Positions 30,567-39,900 of a DNA stretch of 51,788 nucleotides are shown in pieces (the first letter of the stretch is position 1; each line of letters begins with the position of its first letter). Source of the stretch: Bacteroidota bacterium (GTDB taxonomy: Bacteria > Bacteroidota > Bacteroidia > Bacteroidales > Tenuifilaceae); the NCBI GenBank assembly GCA_029558675.1, contig JAKQEF010000039.1, forward strand, positions 1 to 51,788, written 5' to 3'. The notes below the pieces were generated by a model. It worked only from the letters and a program-made list of their open reading frames with translations. It was not told where the DNA came from and did no database searches. Made by a program: the position numbers and the translations under genes.

Positions 30567-30612
30567 CCTGTATGTGACCGTCAATATGTTGCTTAACATA
30601 CAGGTTTATAAA
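30567..30612 (+). terminator. Possible terminator hairpin after the TPR histidine kinase gene
   Basis: A 9-bp inverted repeat (CCTGTATGT at 30567-30575 and ACATACAGG at 30596-30604) is followed by TTTATAAAT. The 20-nt loop is long and the T-tract is imperfect. Confidence 0.35.
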
Positions 30613-30732
30613 TGCCAAAAATTTCAAAACTGAAAAAGAAATCTTAAGATTGTAGTCCTAAAAACGCAATTGGATAACCTTGTATTTATACTGTTTTTAC
30701 TATAAAAGAATATTTTTTAAACGATAATTGAC

Positions 30733-31947
30733 ATGATGACCAGCAAAGATTACATTAGCCGTGAAGAAAAATACGGTGCACATAATTACCAGCCACTTCC
30801 GGTTGTTTTGGAAAGAGGCGAAGGGGTATTCGTGTGGGATGTGGACGGAAAAAAGTATTTCGATTTTTTATCAGCCTACTCGGCTGTTAACCAAGGGCAT
30901 TGCCATCCTAATATTGTGGATGCCTTGGTAAACCAAGCGCGTAGATTAACCCTCACCTCGCGTGCTTTTTACAACAACGTACTGGGCGAATACGAAGAGT
31001 ATATAACCAAACTTTTTGGCTATGATAAGATTTTGCCCATGAACACCGGCGCCGAAGCGGTGGAAACCGCCATTAAGCTTAGCCGCAAATGGGGATATCA
31101 GAAAAAAGGTATAAAGGATGGCGAAGCCAAAATAATTGCATGCGAGAAAAACTTCCATGGACGCACTACCACCATTGTTTCTCTCAGCACCGACCCGGTT
31201 GCCCGTGCCGAGTATGGCCCCTACACCCCGGGGTTTGTCATTATCCCTTATAACGACATCGCAGCCCTCGAAAAGGCATTGCAGGATAAGAACGTGGTGA
31301 GTTTTCTGGTGGAACCCATCCAGGGCGAGGCAGGAGTTTATGTTCCCGATGAAGGCTACCTGAAAAAAGCCGATGAACTGTGTAAGAAGCACAACGTACT
31401 CTTCATAGCCGATGAGATACAAACCGGGATTGCCCGCACGGGCAAAATGCTGGCATGCGACCATGAGGGCGTTCGCCCCGACATCCTCATCCTGGGCAAA
31501 GCCGTTTCGGGTGGTGTGTTCCCCGTATCGGCAGTGCTTGCCGACGACCACATAATGCTTTGCATTAAACCCGGAGAGCATGGCTCAACCTTTGGGGGAA
31601 ACCCCATTGCAGGCAAAGTGGCCATGGCCGCTCTGGAGGTAGTAAAAGAGGAGAAGCTGGACGAAAATGCCGAGCGTTTGGGTAAAATCTTCCGCGATGA
31701 ATTTCGAGGCATTAAGAGCCACCTGATAGAATTGGTACGCGGAAAAGGTCTGCTCAACGCCGTTGTCATTCGCAACCAGCCGGGCAAAACCGCATGGGAC
31801 GTGTGCGTAGCCATGGCCGAAAACGGCGTGCTGGCCAAACCCACCCACGGAAACATCATCCGCTTTGCGCCACCGCTGGTGATAACCGAGGAACAGCTTC
31901 GCGATGCCATGGGTAGGATTAAGGAGGTCTTCAAGAAGTTTGAATAG
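30733..31947 (+). CDS. rocD: Ornithine--oxo-acid aminotransferase
   Basis: 404 aa, class-III aminotransferase. It has the motifs [12 protein letters not shown] and LGKAVSGG (PLP lysine), and the sequence is OAT-like throughout. Confidence 0.9.
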   Translation: MMTSKDYISREEKYGAHNYQPLPVVLERGEGVFVWDVDGKKYFDFLSAYSAVNQGHCHPNIVDALVNQARRLTLTSRAFYNNVLGEYEEYITKLFGYDKILPMNTGAEAVETAIKLSRKWGYQKKGIKDGEAKIIACEKNFHGRTTTIVSLSTDPVARAEYGPYTPGFVIIPYNDIAALEKALQDKNVVSFLVEPIQGEAGVYVPDEGYLKKADELCKKHNVLFIADEIQTGIARTGKMLACDHEGVRPDILILGKAVSGGVFPVSAVLADDHIMLCIKPGEHGSTFGGNPIAGKVAMAALEVVKEEKLDENAERLGKIFRDEFRGIKSHLIELVRGKGLLNAVVIRNQPGKTAWDVCVAMAENGVLAKPTHGNIIRFAPPLVITEEQLRDAMGRIKEVFKKFE

Positions 31948-31974
31948 TATTAACTCCTAGGATTATACAGAAAA

Positions 31975-32003
31975 ACCGTTACCACAAGTAGCGGTTTTTT
32001 TTA
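31975..32003 (+). terminator. Rho-independent terminator after rocD
   Basis: An 8-bp stem (ACCGTTAC/GTAGCGGT, with one G-U pair) has the loop CACAA and is followed by T8. An A-run precedes it, so it could act in both directions. Confidence 0.7.
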
Positions 32004-32141
32004 TCTGATTTTGCCACGGTTACTCACGAAAACAGCAACCCATTGACCATTGGTTTAAGGTTATATATCTATCTAACCAAAACGGCGAGAAATTGGCGTG
32101 ATAATGATGCTGCTTCATGCTACAATGGTTTATCCCGTATT

Positions 32142-35100
32142 TTATTTCAATGCCTCCCTAATAATTCTTACCTCTTCCACCTCTTCAAGGGTGTCCATTG
32201 CCTGTTTTACAGGATGTTCGGCATGGCTTAACCGCTCAAACTCGCTTTGTATAACTGCCAGTTTCTCTTCTTCACTCATATCATCAGTTATAGGTTTTAA
32301 ATCTCCCAAATGCTTTAATATCTCTTTGCCGGCTGATTTGATTTCTTCGGCAAGAAAAAGTTCATAAACGATTACATCTAAAACCGATTCAAAAAACTTT
32401 GACTCAATAGTGTTTTTCTCTTTAGCTTTATTCCATTCAATCAAATAATCTACAATAAAAGAAGTGATTTTTTGACTATTCTTATTTGAATTTGGCACAA
32501 ACAATTTTCGTACGTTTAATGGTTTCACCTGAGCGAAAGTGCGACCACCTTCTTGAGTGAATTTGGTGTATAAAAAATCTGTAATGGTTGAATTTAAAAT
32601 TGATAATAAATACTTGTAGCTAAAATCTGTTTTTTGGGATTTCTTAAATACAAGTATGCTGTCAATAACATAAAACCCATTAGAGTCATTTGTAGCTCTA
32701 ATTCTGTCTGATGTCTGCCGCATTATTATTTTTTCTTCTTCAAATAGTAGCGGATACCTTTGTCTATTAAGAGCATACCAAGGCATTATTCCGCTTTTAG
32801 CTTCACTGCGTTTTTCTAGCTTTTCTTTGAATTCAAATAAGTAATCTCGAATGAATGGAAAATTATCAATGTTCGTTGATCTATCAGTGTAAACAACCAA
32901 ATGCTCTGTGTTTGAAATAGAATATTTATCTATTTCACCACCTACTAAAACAGGTTTTAGAATTTCCTTTTCAAAATTGTTTTGCACCGCATAATCCTTG
33001 GGGATTCTAAATATTTTATCGCCACCAGTAGATATACCGCTTGCCATCTCTTCAGCAATATCATCTATGGTAACTGAAACTTGTCGCAGCTTTTCAATAA
33101 TTTTGAATTCTTCTTCTGAGATACCAAATACAGATGCTGGGGTTTTCAAAGTAGATGAAACAGATTCTAACTTGAAAACTTCTCTGAAATCAAGATTTTT
33201 CTTGTTAGCATTTCTTAGGTCAGCATAATGATATCTATTAAGACCTGAATTGTTTTTTGACGTTAAGAAAATACAGGATGGAACTGTGGCTGTATTGAAT
33301 ACGCCATCACCTAAATTAATTCCAATATAGAATTGATTTTTAGCCAAAAGGAATTTTCTTGTTTTTTCATATTCAGACTGAAAAAACAAATTATTAGGAA
33401 CTATGTAGGTGATTATACCATCATTATGTAACAGCCTAAAGCCTTTTGAGATGAAATAATTAAATGTGTCAGGCGTTCTCATATGAACATCTGAAAACTC
33501 ATTCTTAAAGAATTTTTTTTCTTCTGCGGTTAAGTCTGCTCCATAAGGCGGATTCCCAATTACCACATCAAAGCCTATAAAATCTCCCTTTTCATCCAAC
33601 AAATTAGGAAATTCAAACCTCCATTCTAAAGCATTTTCATAAATCTTACCATCTAAGGTTTCATCTCTTTCTTCTTCAAGCTGTTTTAGCTTTTTATTAG
33701 CGTCATCAATTTGCTTTTTTGTTCCCGCTTGTTTTCCAAACACATCCACAAATTGAAGGTTTTGAACATCTCCTCTTGCTTTAGAAATCTTCTCTTTTTC
33801 TTTGTTTTGTAGGGTTGTACTAAAAGCATTTTTAATTTCCTTTATAAACTCTCTAAAGATTTGTTTCTTTTCATGAGAAGATTCAATCAAAAAATCATTG
33901 GTTATTTTTTTATAAAATTCAAGGTTGACTTCATTATTACCTACTAAATCTTTAATGGTTTTATTGTTGTAACTTTTATCTCGAATTTTCTTGTTGAATT
34001 CTATAAATACATCATTAATAGGAATATCAAGAGAATATCTGCTTATTAACGAATTGCCACAAACAATCTTATAATCTAAGTTGGGCAGGGTTTCAATGGG
34101 GTCAAGGTCGTCTTCGTCCACTACCAAGCTCAACCACAATCGCAAACGGGCAATGTCAATGGCAGAGCTGTCAATATCCACCCCGTAAATGCTTTCCTGT
34201 ATAATGTGGCGTTTCAGGCGGTAGATGTAGCGGCTGTCGCTCACTTCGGCTACGCTCAGTGTGCGTCCGTTTTCTTCAAAACCAAAGCCTTTTAATTTTT
34301 TGGTCAGGTAGTTGTAGCTTAAATGGGGTTTTAGAACCAGCATGGCGTTTACCAATTCGTGCAGTAGCCCCACAGGGAAAGCTCCCGAACCAATGGCAGG
34401 GTCGCAAATTTTAATGTCGCTTAGCTGCTTATCAATAAGGTCGGCATTTTTACGGATGCTTTCGGGCAGTTGGTATTGGTAGGTTTTGGTTTCGCCTTTG
34501 GCAGCTACCCGCTCATCATTTTCTAAGGCAAAATGTCCTTCGCGGATAAAGGTTTCGATGTCATTTTTCTTAACTTTTTCTTCCAAGGCATTGTCCAAAT
34601 AATGAATCAAGCTTTCCTGACACATATAGTGCACAATTTCGCGTGGGGTATAGAATGCGCCCTTGTTTTTACGCTCGGTGATATCGAGCATATTTTCAAA
34701 CACTTTTCCCAGCATTTCGGGGTCAACGGCCACCTCTTTATCCAGCGGTTCGTCCTCCTTAATGGTAAAGTTGTAGCGGTCGAACACGTCCAGAATGCCC
34801 GTACCTATATCACCTGCTTTGTTTTTTTCTTCGTTGCGGAACAGGTTTTCTGGAATGGTAATACCGGCTTCCTGCCAGTTGTAATCGGCTTCAAATAAAC
34901 CACCATTCAGGAAAGGAATGCGGCAATCAAAACGTTGGTAGTAAGAGTTTACATTGTCCCGCTCTTTGGCAAGGGCTTCATAAAATAGGTATTGTAGCTT
35001 GTCTTTAAAGAAATTGACCTTTTCTTTTTGGGCTTGGTCAAACAGTTCCTGCACAAATCGTTTTTTACCTGTTCCCCAACGGGCATTTTGAGCCACACCC

Positions 35101-35861
35101 AGCCAACCCTTTTTCTGCAAGAAGTACAGGAATACAATTTGCCCCAGGAGTTTTTTGGTAAACCGCGAGTTGTCTATTCCGGCTTTTTCAAATGCAGTCT
35201 TTACCCTGTGGTCGTTCTCAAAATGCTCATAAAGTTTGATGTAAAGGTCTTTGTATTGTATAAAAAACTCATCTGTAACTTTATCAATACTAAACGCTGC
35301 TTCTATCTGCTCAATGGTGGGGTTGCCGGAAATGTTTTGCAGCAAAGGCAACAGCTGATTTTTTGCAGTATGAGCTTTTTCGTATTCGCCCACCAAAAAC
35401 GAGTAGCGCTTGGCAGGGGTAAATTCTTTCCTAATTTTAACCTTACCCTTCTCCTCGTCCAACTCCGAACGGTATTCCAATTTGATAAACGAAAAACGCC
35501 AATCCGCACCACCATCCTCCTTGCTGTAGAAAGCCACCAAAGCGTAGTCTTTGTCGAATTTACTGAGATGCTTGATAACAAAATTTCGGAGTGCCGTTCT
35601 GGCCCGCTCCAACTTTGTAACGCTTTTTACTTCTGCTATCAGCACATCAAGTGCTTCGCCATTGGGGTCGGTATATTTGCCAATACGTTTGTAGGAGTTG
35701 ATATGCTCTTTGAAGTCGTCCCAAATCAAATTGCCGTTATACCTATTATCCCTGCTTTCCATATCGTTCAGCAGGTTTTTGGCAAAAATGGTGAACTGCT
35801 CCTCGCTAAAAGCGCTGTTGAACGTAGTTTCTATAAGGTCTTGTGCAGTTTTCTTGTCCAT
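32142..35861 (-). CDS. Large Eco57I/PglX/DrmMI-like gamma-class N6-adenine DNA methyltransferase with a C-terminal TaqI_C-like target-recognition region
   Basis: 1239 aa. Motif I is ICDPAIGSGAFP (about 34371-34406). Motif IV is VVIGNPPYG (about 33541-33566) and is preceded by the Eco57I-family ALEWRFEFP element. About 470 aa follow motif IV and could serve as a target-recognition domain. The start codon overlaps the upstream stop (TAATG). Confidence 0.85.
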   Translation of the reverse strand: MDKKTAQDLIETTFNSAFSEEQFTIFAKNLLNDMESRDNRYNGNLIWDDFKEHINSYKRIGKYTDPNGEALDVLIAEVKSVTKLERARTALRNFVIKHLSKFDKDYALVAFYSKEDGGADWRFSFIKLEYRSELDEEKGKVKIRKEFTPAKRYSFLVGEYEKAHTAKNQLLPLLQNISGNPTIEQIEAAFSIDKVTDEFFIQYKDLYIKLYEHFENDHRVKTAFEKAGIDNSRFTKKLLGQIVFLYFLQKKGWLGVAQNARWGTGKKRFVQELFDQAQKEKVNFFKDKLQYLFYEALAKERDNVNSYYQRFDCRIPFLNGGLFEADYNWQEAGITIPENLFRNEEKNKAGDIGTGILDVFDRYNFTIKEDEPLDKEVAVDPEMLGKVFENMLDITERKNKGAFYTPREIVHYMCQESLIHYLDNALEEKVKKNDIETFIREGHFALENDERVAAKGETKTYQYQLPESIRKNADLIDKQLSDIKICDPAIGSGAFPVGLLHELVNAMLVLKPHLSYNYLTKKLKGFGFEENGRTLSVAEVSDSRYIYRLKRHIIQESIYGVDIDSSAIDIARLRLWLSLVVDEDDLDPIETLPNLDYKIVCGNSLISRYSLDIPINDVFIEFNKKIRDKSYNNKTIKDLVGNNEVNLEFYKKITNDFLIESSHEKKQIFREFIKEIKNAFSTTLQNKEKEKISKARGDVQNLQFVDVFGKQAGTKKQIDDANKKLKQLEEERDETLDGKIYENALEWRFEFPNLLDEKGDFIGFDVVIGNPPYGADLTAEEKKFFKNEFSDVHMRTPDTFNYFISKGFRLLHNDGIITYIVPNNLFFQSEYEKTRKFLLAKNQFYIGINLGDGVFNTATVPSCIFLTSKNNSGLNRYHYADLRNANKKNLDFREVFKLESVSSTLKTPASVFGISEEEFKIIEKLRQVSVTIDDIAEEMASGISTGGDKIFRIPKDYAVQNNFEKEILKPVLVGGEIDKYSISNTEHLVVYTDRSTNIDNFPFIRDYLFEFKEKLEKRSEAKSGIMPWYALNRQRYPLLFEEEKIIMRQTSDRIRATNDSNGFYVIDSILVFKKSQKTDFSYKYLLSILNSTITDFLYTKFTQEGGRTFAQVKPLNVRKLFVPNSNKNSQKITSFIVDYLIEWNKAKEKNTIESKFFESVLDVIVYELFLAEEIKSAGKEILKHLGDLKPITDDMSEEEKLAVIQSEFERLSHAEHPVKQAMDTLEEVEEVRIIREALK

Positions 35862-36946
35862 TATTCCAATAATTTTTTCAAAGTTGACGAATCGGGCAAC
35901 GCTTGCTTGTATTGTTCGGGCAATTCCTTACTTGTTTTATAAGTAGCCACCCCCATGGCTTTGTTAAAATCTCTAAAGCTATACTCTACTATTTTTTTAT
36001 TTTTCTCTTTGCAGAGTATAATCCCAATGGAAGGATTTTCGTGGGGTTGTTTAACAATCTCGTCCAATGCAGAGAGGTAGAAGTTCATTTTACCCAAATA
36101 CTCGGGTTTAAATTTTCCTGTTTTCAGCTCAAAAGCAACAAGGCTCTGCAATTTTCTGTTGAAAAATAGCAAATCGACAAAATATTCTTGTTCTTCAATA
36201 ATCAACCGGTACTGATTGCCTATAAAAGCGAAATCGCCACCAAGTGAGAGAATAAATTTTTTTATGTTTCTTACTATTTCGCTCTCCAATAGCCGTTCAT
36301 CCACAAAATCGGGATCTTCAACATTAATAAAATCTAGCAGATATTCATCCTTAAACGACTGAATTGCTTGCTCTCTGATATGGGGTTGTAAAATAGTTTG
36401 AATGAAGTTATTGGGTAGAGTTCCCCGTTGGGAATATAAATTGGCCGCTATTTGTTTTTCGAGATGACGATAATTCCAATACTCTTCGGCTACTTTTGAC
36501 AGGTAAAAAAAGGCTTCATTAAAGTCATTACATTTAGATGCAATGCTATAATGATGGGTAAAACTAACAGAGAAAAATATGTCAGCAAAGTTACCGGGCA
36601 ATTGGTTCGGCAATGCCGAACTGATTGCAAAACTGTGATCTTCTATTTGGTTCGGCGGTAACGAACCAATTACTATTTGCTTACTCCAAAAATCGGCAAA
36701 AACCCGCATTTTTTTTAAGTTGCCGGCAGAAAAGCCCCGAAGGCCGGGTAATTCATTTTGCAACTCAATGGAAATTTGTTCCAGCACCTTGCTGCCCCAC
36801 GCTTCGTTAGTAGCCGTATCGCTAATTTTTTTACCTATGCTAAAATAGAGGGCTATCAATTCGCGGTTTACCAATCGAGCGGCCTGATAGCGGCTTTTTA
36901 AAATCGCATTTTTCAGTTCGGCAACTATGTGCTTTTCAATGGTCAT
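35861..36946 (-). CDS. DUF1016/YhcG-family PD-(D/E)XK nuclease-fold protein
   Basis: 361 aa. The hallmark C-terminal core is FVDLLFFNRKLQSLVAFELKTGKF (D ... ELK), followed by GKMNFYLSALD. It sits between the helicase and methylase genes, separated from the helicase stop by 2 nt and overlapping the methylase start by 1 nt. Confidence 0.8.
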   Translation of the reverse strand: MTIEKHIVAELKNAILKSRYQAARLVNRELIALYFSIGKKISDTATNEAWGSKVLEQISIELQNELPGLRGFSAGNLKKMRVFADFWSKQIVIGSLPPNQIEDHSFAISSALPNQLPGNFADIFFSVSFTHHYSIASKCNDFNEAFFYLSKVAEEYWNYRHLEKQIAANLYSQRGTLPNNFIQTILQPHIREQAIQSFKDEYLLDFINVEDPDFVDERLLESEIVRNIKKFILSLGGDFAFIGNQYRLIIEEQEYFVDLLFFNRKLQSLVAFELKTGKFKPEYLGKMNFYLSALDEIVKQPHENPSIGIILCKEKNKKIVEYSFRDFNKAMGVATYKTSKELPEQYKQALPDSSTLKKLLE

Positions 36947-36948
36947 TC

Positions 36949-39900
36949 TTATCCAATTAAATATCCTGACAGAATTACTTCACGTTTTTGGAATTTCTTG
37001 GCGTTTTGAGCTCCCTCAATGGCTACAAATCGGATGTACTTTTCCAGAATATGTAACATTTGCAGGGGGTCAGCGGTTTTCTCCAACTCGGTTTTGATTA
37101 ATTGGGCCGTTTTTTTCGCAATGGTGCCCTGCGCCAGCATATCGCGCACACCGTTCAAAAAATCATCATTGGTATCGGTAAACCCTTTAAAATTCCTAAA
37201 AGATTTGTCTTTCAATCTGTTTTCAATGTATTTGGCGTTGGAACGTCCGCCACCTCCTTTGGCCGGCTCATCACCAACGGTAGTGTCTAGTTCAAAGCGG
37301 GCCTTATTGGTTTGTAGCAAATGGTAATAGTCGTTTGGAATAGCGGCACGCCTGGTTTCAGGGCTACATTCCAATTCATTCACCGCATCAAAAAAGGTAA
37401 TTTCGTTGGATTTTCCATTTTGGTTTATATAAAATTTCTTGAGTTTCCCAATTCTGAAAAATGTAACCAAAGCATTATCCTCAAGGTTTTCCTTTTTGAA
37501 ACCCGAACGTGCTTTTTTGGGCAAGTGCTTTATTTTATCAAATAGTTCGGGCCGTTTATCCCTGATACTCCTCATTAACTCCAAATACTTAAGCTCGGAG
37601 TCGCCTTCATCTTCACCTGTATAGGATGCTTTGCTATTCAAGGTGTTGAATAGTTCCTGACTTCCAAACTCCTCGCCGTCGCTCAGGTATTTGGCATCTT
37701 CACCCAAAATATCGTGGAACATTTGAATTTTATTGGTAATGTTTACCTCCAAGCCAAGGTGTTTGTCAGATTGGGTAGTGGGGAAGAAATTAAAAATATG
37801 CACCTTGGGGAAAATGGTGCCCAAACGGTTAACACGCCCTACCCTTTGCAATACTCGAGTGGGATTCCAAGGCAAATCATAGTTAACAATCACATTGGAA
37901 CGGTGCAAATTGATGCCTTCCGCCAAGACATCTGTTGATATGAGAATTCTTAAGTCGTCAGTTTGCTCTTTATTTTTTGGGTCAAAGTTCTCAGTAATAA
38001 TATTTCTCGATACAGTATGGTTTGAAGTAAGCTTTTTATCCGTGTGTCTTCCGCCTGCACTTGAATAGAACATTACTTTTCCTTTAAACACCTCCTGCAA
38101 CGCTTCGTATATATAGTCGCCCGTTTCCTTCGATTCGGTGAAGATGATTAACTTGTTCTTTTTAAGAGCAGTCGTTGTTCTTAACTCCTGAATAAATGTT
38201 TCTAATTTCGGATCGGTGTTTATACAACTCCATAGTGCTTTTATCTCTTTCAAAATGGAAAGGTCAAATTCTAACTTGGTAATAAACTCTTTCTTGAAAT
38301 CTTTTGAATCGTATTTATGGGCCTTTTCTTCTTCTAAAAGATCTTCAAGACGTTCAAGATTGTCATTTTCAATTAAGTCGTACACATCAACCTTTTTGCT
38401 GATGTAAACCGTACCATTTTGATACATTGCAATGAACTTCTCATAGGAAATAATGAAGCGGTCAATACTTTGGCGAAATGCATGGAAACTACTTTCTAAC
38501 CTTTTCACCAAGATACCTTTCATAAATCCACCCACGTTGCGTTGCTGTTGCTTTTCAAATTCACTTAAGGCCTTGTTTCCAATATAATACAACAGGGGGG
38601 TATATCGTGCATAGGTAAATTCAGCTAACTTTTTTATTGTTTTAATAAATGTATCCTCCAGTTCTCCTTCGTACTCATATACAATCTTTTGAGGGTTGTC
38701 AATATCAGGGAAAGTCAACTCCTGCTTTTGCATGTCCTCTTTGAAGTAGGTCATTATATCCTTACGAGTTCTGCGGACCATTACATAGCGAAGAATTCTG
38801 TTACGTATATCATCAGAAATCTCTTTAATTAACTCTTTGTATTTTGGATCGGTTTTTTCGAGTTTTTTGAGTTTAGTTCTAAATCTTGCAAAATATTTTT
38901 CAAGGTTGGGAATACCCGGTATGGTTGAATTTTTAGGAGCTTGAAATAGTTTTAGTTGAGCAAAGATGTCGTCAATAGTATTGTTTAATGGCGTTGCTGT
39001 TACCAAAATCATTTTTTTTCCACGGCAGATGTCAAGCAGATTGGCGTAAGATTGCGTGTTTTCATTTCGGAAACGGTGCGCTTCATCCACAACTATGTAA
39101 TCGTAGCGTTCTAATCCCTTTTTTATTATGTGTTCCAATTTACCCAATGATTCAACCTCAAAACTTCTTATGCCAAAATCGAATAGAGAGTCTTTCCAAT
39201 AATCCTTCAGAACAGGCGGGCAGACAACCAGTGTCCTTCCGTGTAGCTGTTGCAGCAGTAAAGCGGTAATAAAGGTTTTACCCAGTCCAACCACATCTGC
39301 CAAGAAAACCCCGTTGTAGGTTTCCAATATCTTTTTTGCCTGAATAGCAGCTTGGTTTTGATATTTTAATTTCATAAAACCATCGGGCAGAAAGGGTTCA
39401 AACTCATCTGCCAGGTTAATATCTTCTTCCAGATACTCATATATGAGCTTTAGATATAATTCGTAGGGCAAAATCTGATCGTTCAGCCATGTTCTAATCT
39501 GTATTGTATCCACAAAATCTTCCGAAATGTCAACTGCATCCTTCCAAAGATTATTGAATTGTTTTTCAGCGAATTGAACGTCCCTCTTTTGTCTTAGTTC
39601 AACATTAAATTCCCTGTTGGCTACAAAACCCGATTCGGAAAAATTACTTGAACCTGTAATGACGAAGCCATAATCGCGATCATCGGGCTTAAATCTACCG
39701 ATGTAAACTTTTGCGTGAATGTTTCGAGTAGGGTAAGCTCTAATCTCTAATTTCTTTCCGTTACCATTTCTTGCTTTATCTGCTTCGGGATTAGGGCAAT
39801 CGGTTTGAAGAAATTCGATAAACTTGCGAATACCTACTTCAATATTGCTGTCGTTTTCATTGCTGTTCTCAACTTCTTCTTTAAGGTTTTGTTGGTACAG

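Noticed and set aside
31948-32141. Search for att-like direct repeats shared by the two gaps flanking the island (31948-32141 and 40469-40773).
   Set aside because: Only 7-8-nt chance matches (for example AAACGGCG) were found by eye. That is not enough to claim integration-site duplications.
33523-33530. Homopolymer A8/T8 tracts in all three large island genes (33523-33530 in the methylase, 36709-36716 in DUF1016, 39012-39019 in the helicase), considered as possible phase-variation switches.
   Set aside because: Eight nucleotides is short for efficient slipped-strand switching. The tracts simply encode Lys-Lys in AT-rich genes, and all three frames are intact. This is worth a look only if population reads show length heterogeneity.
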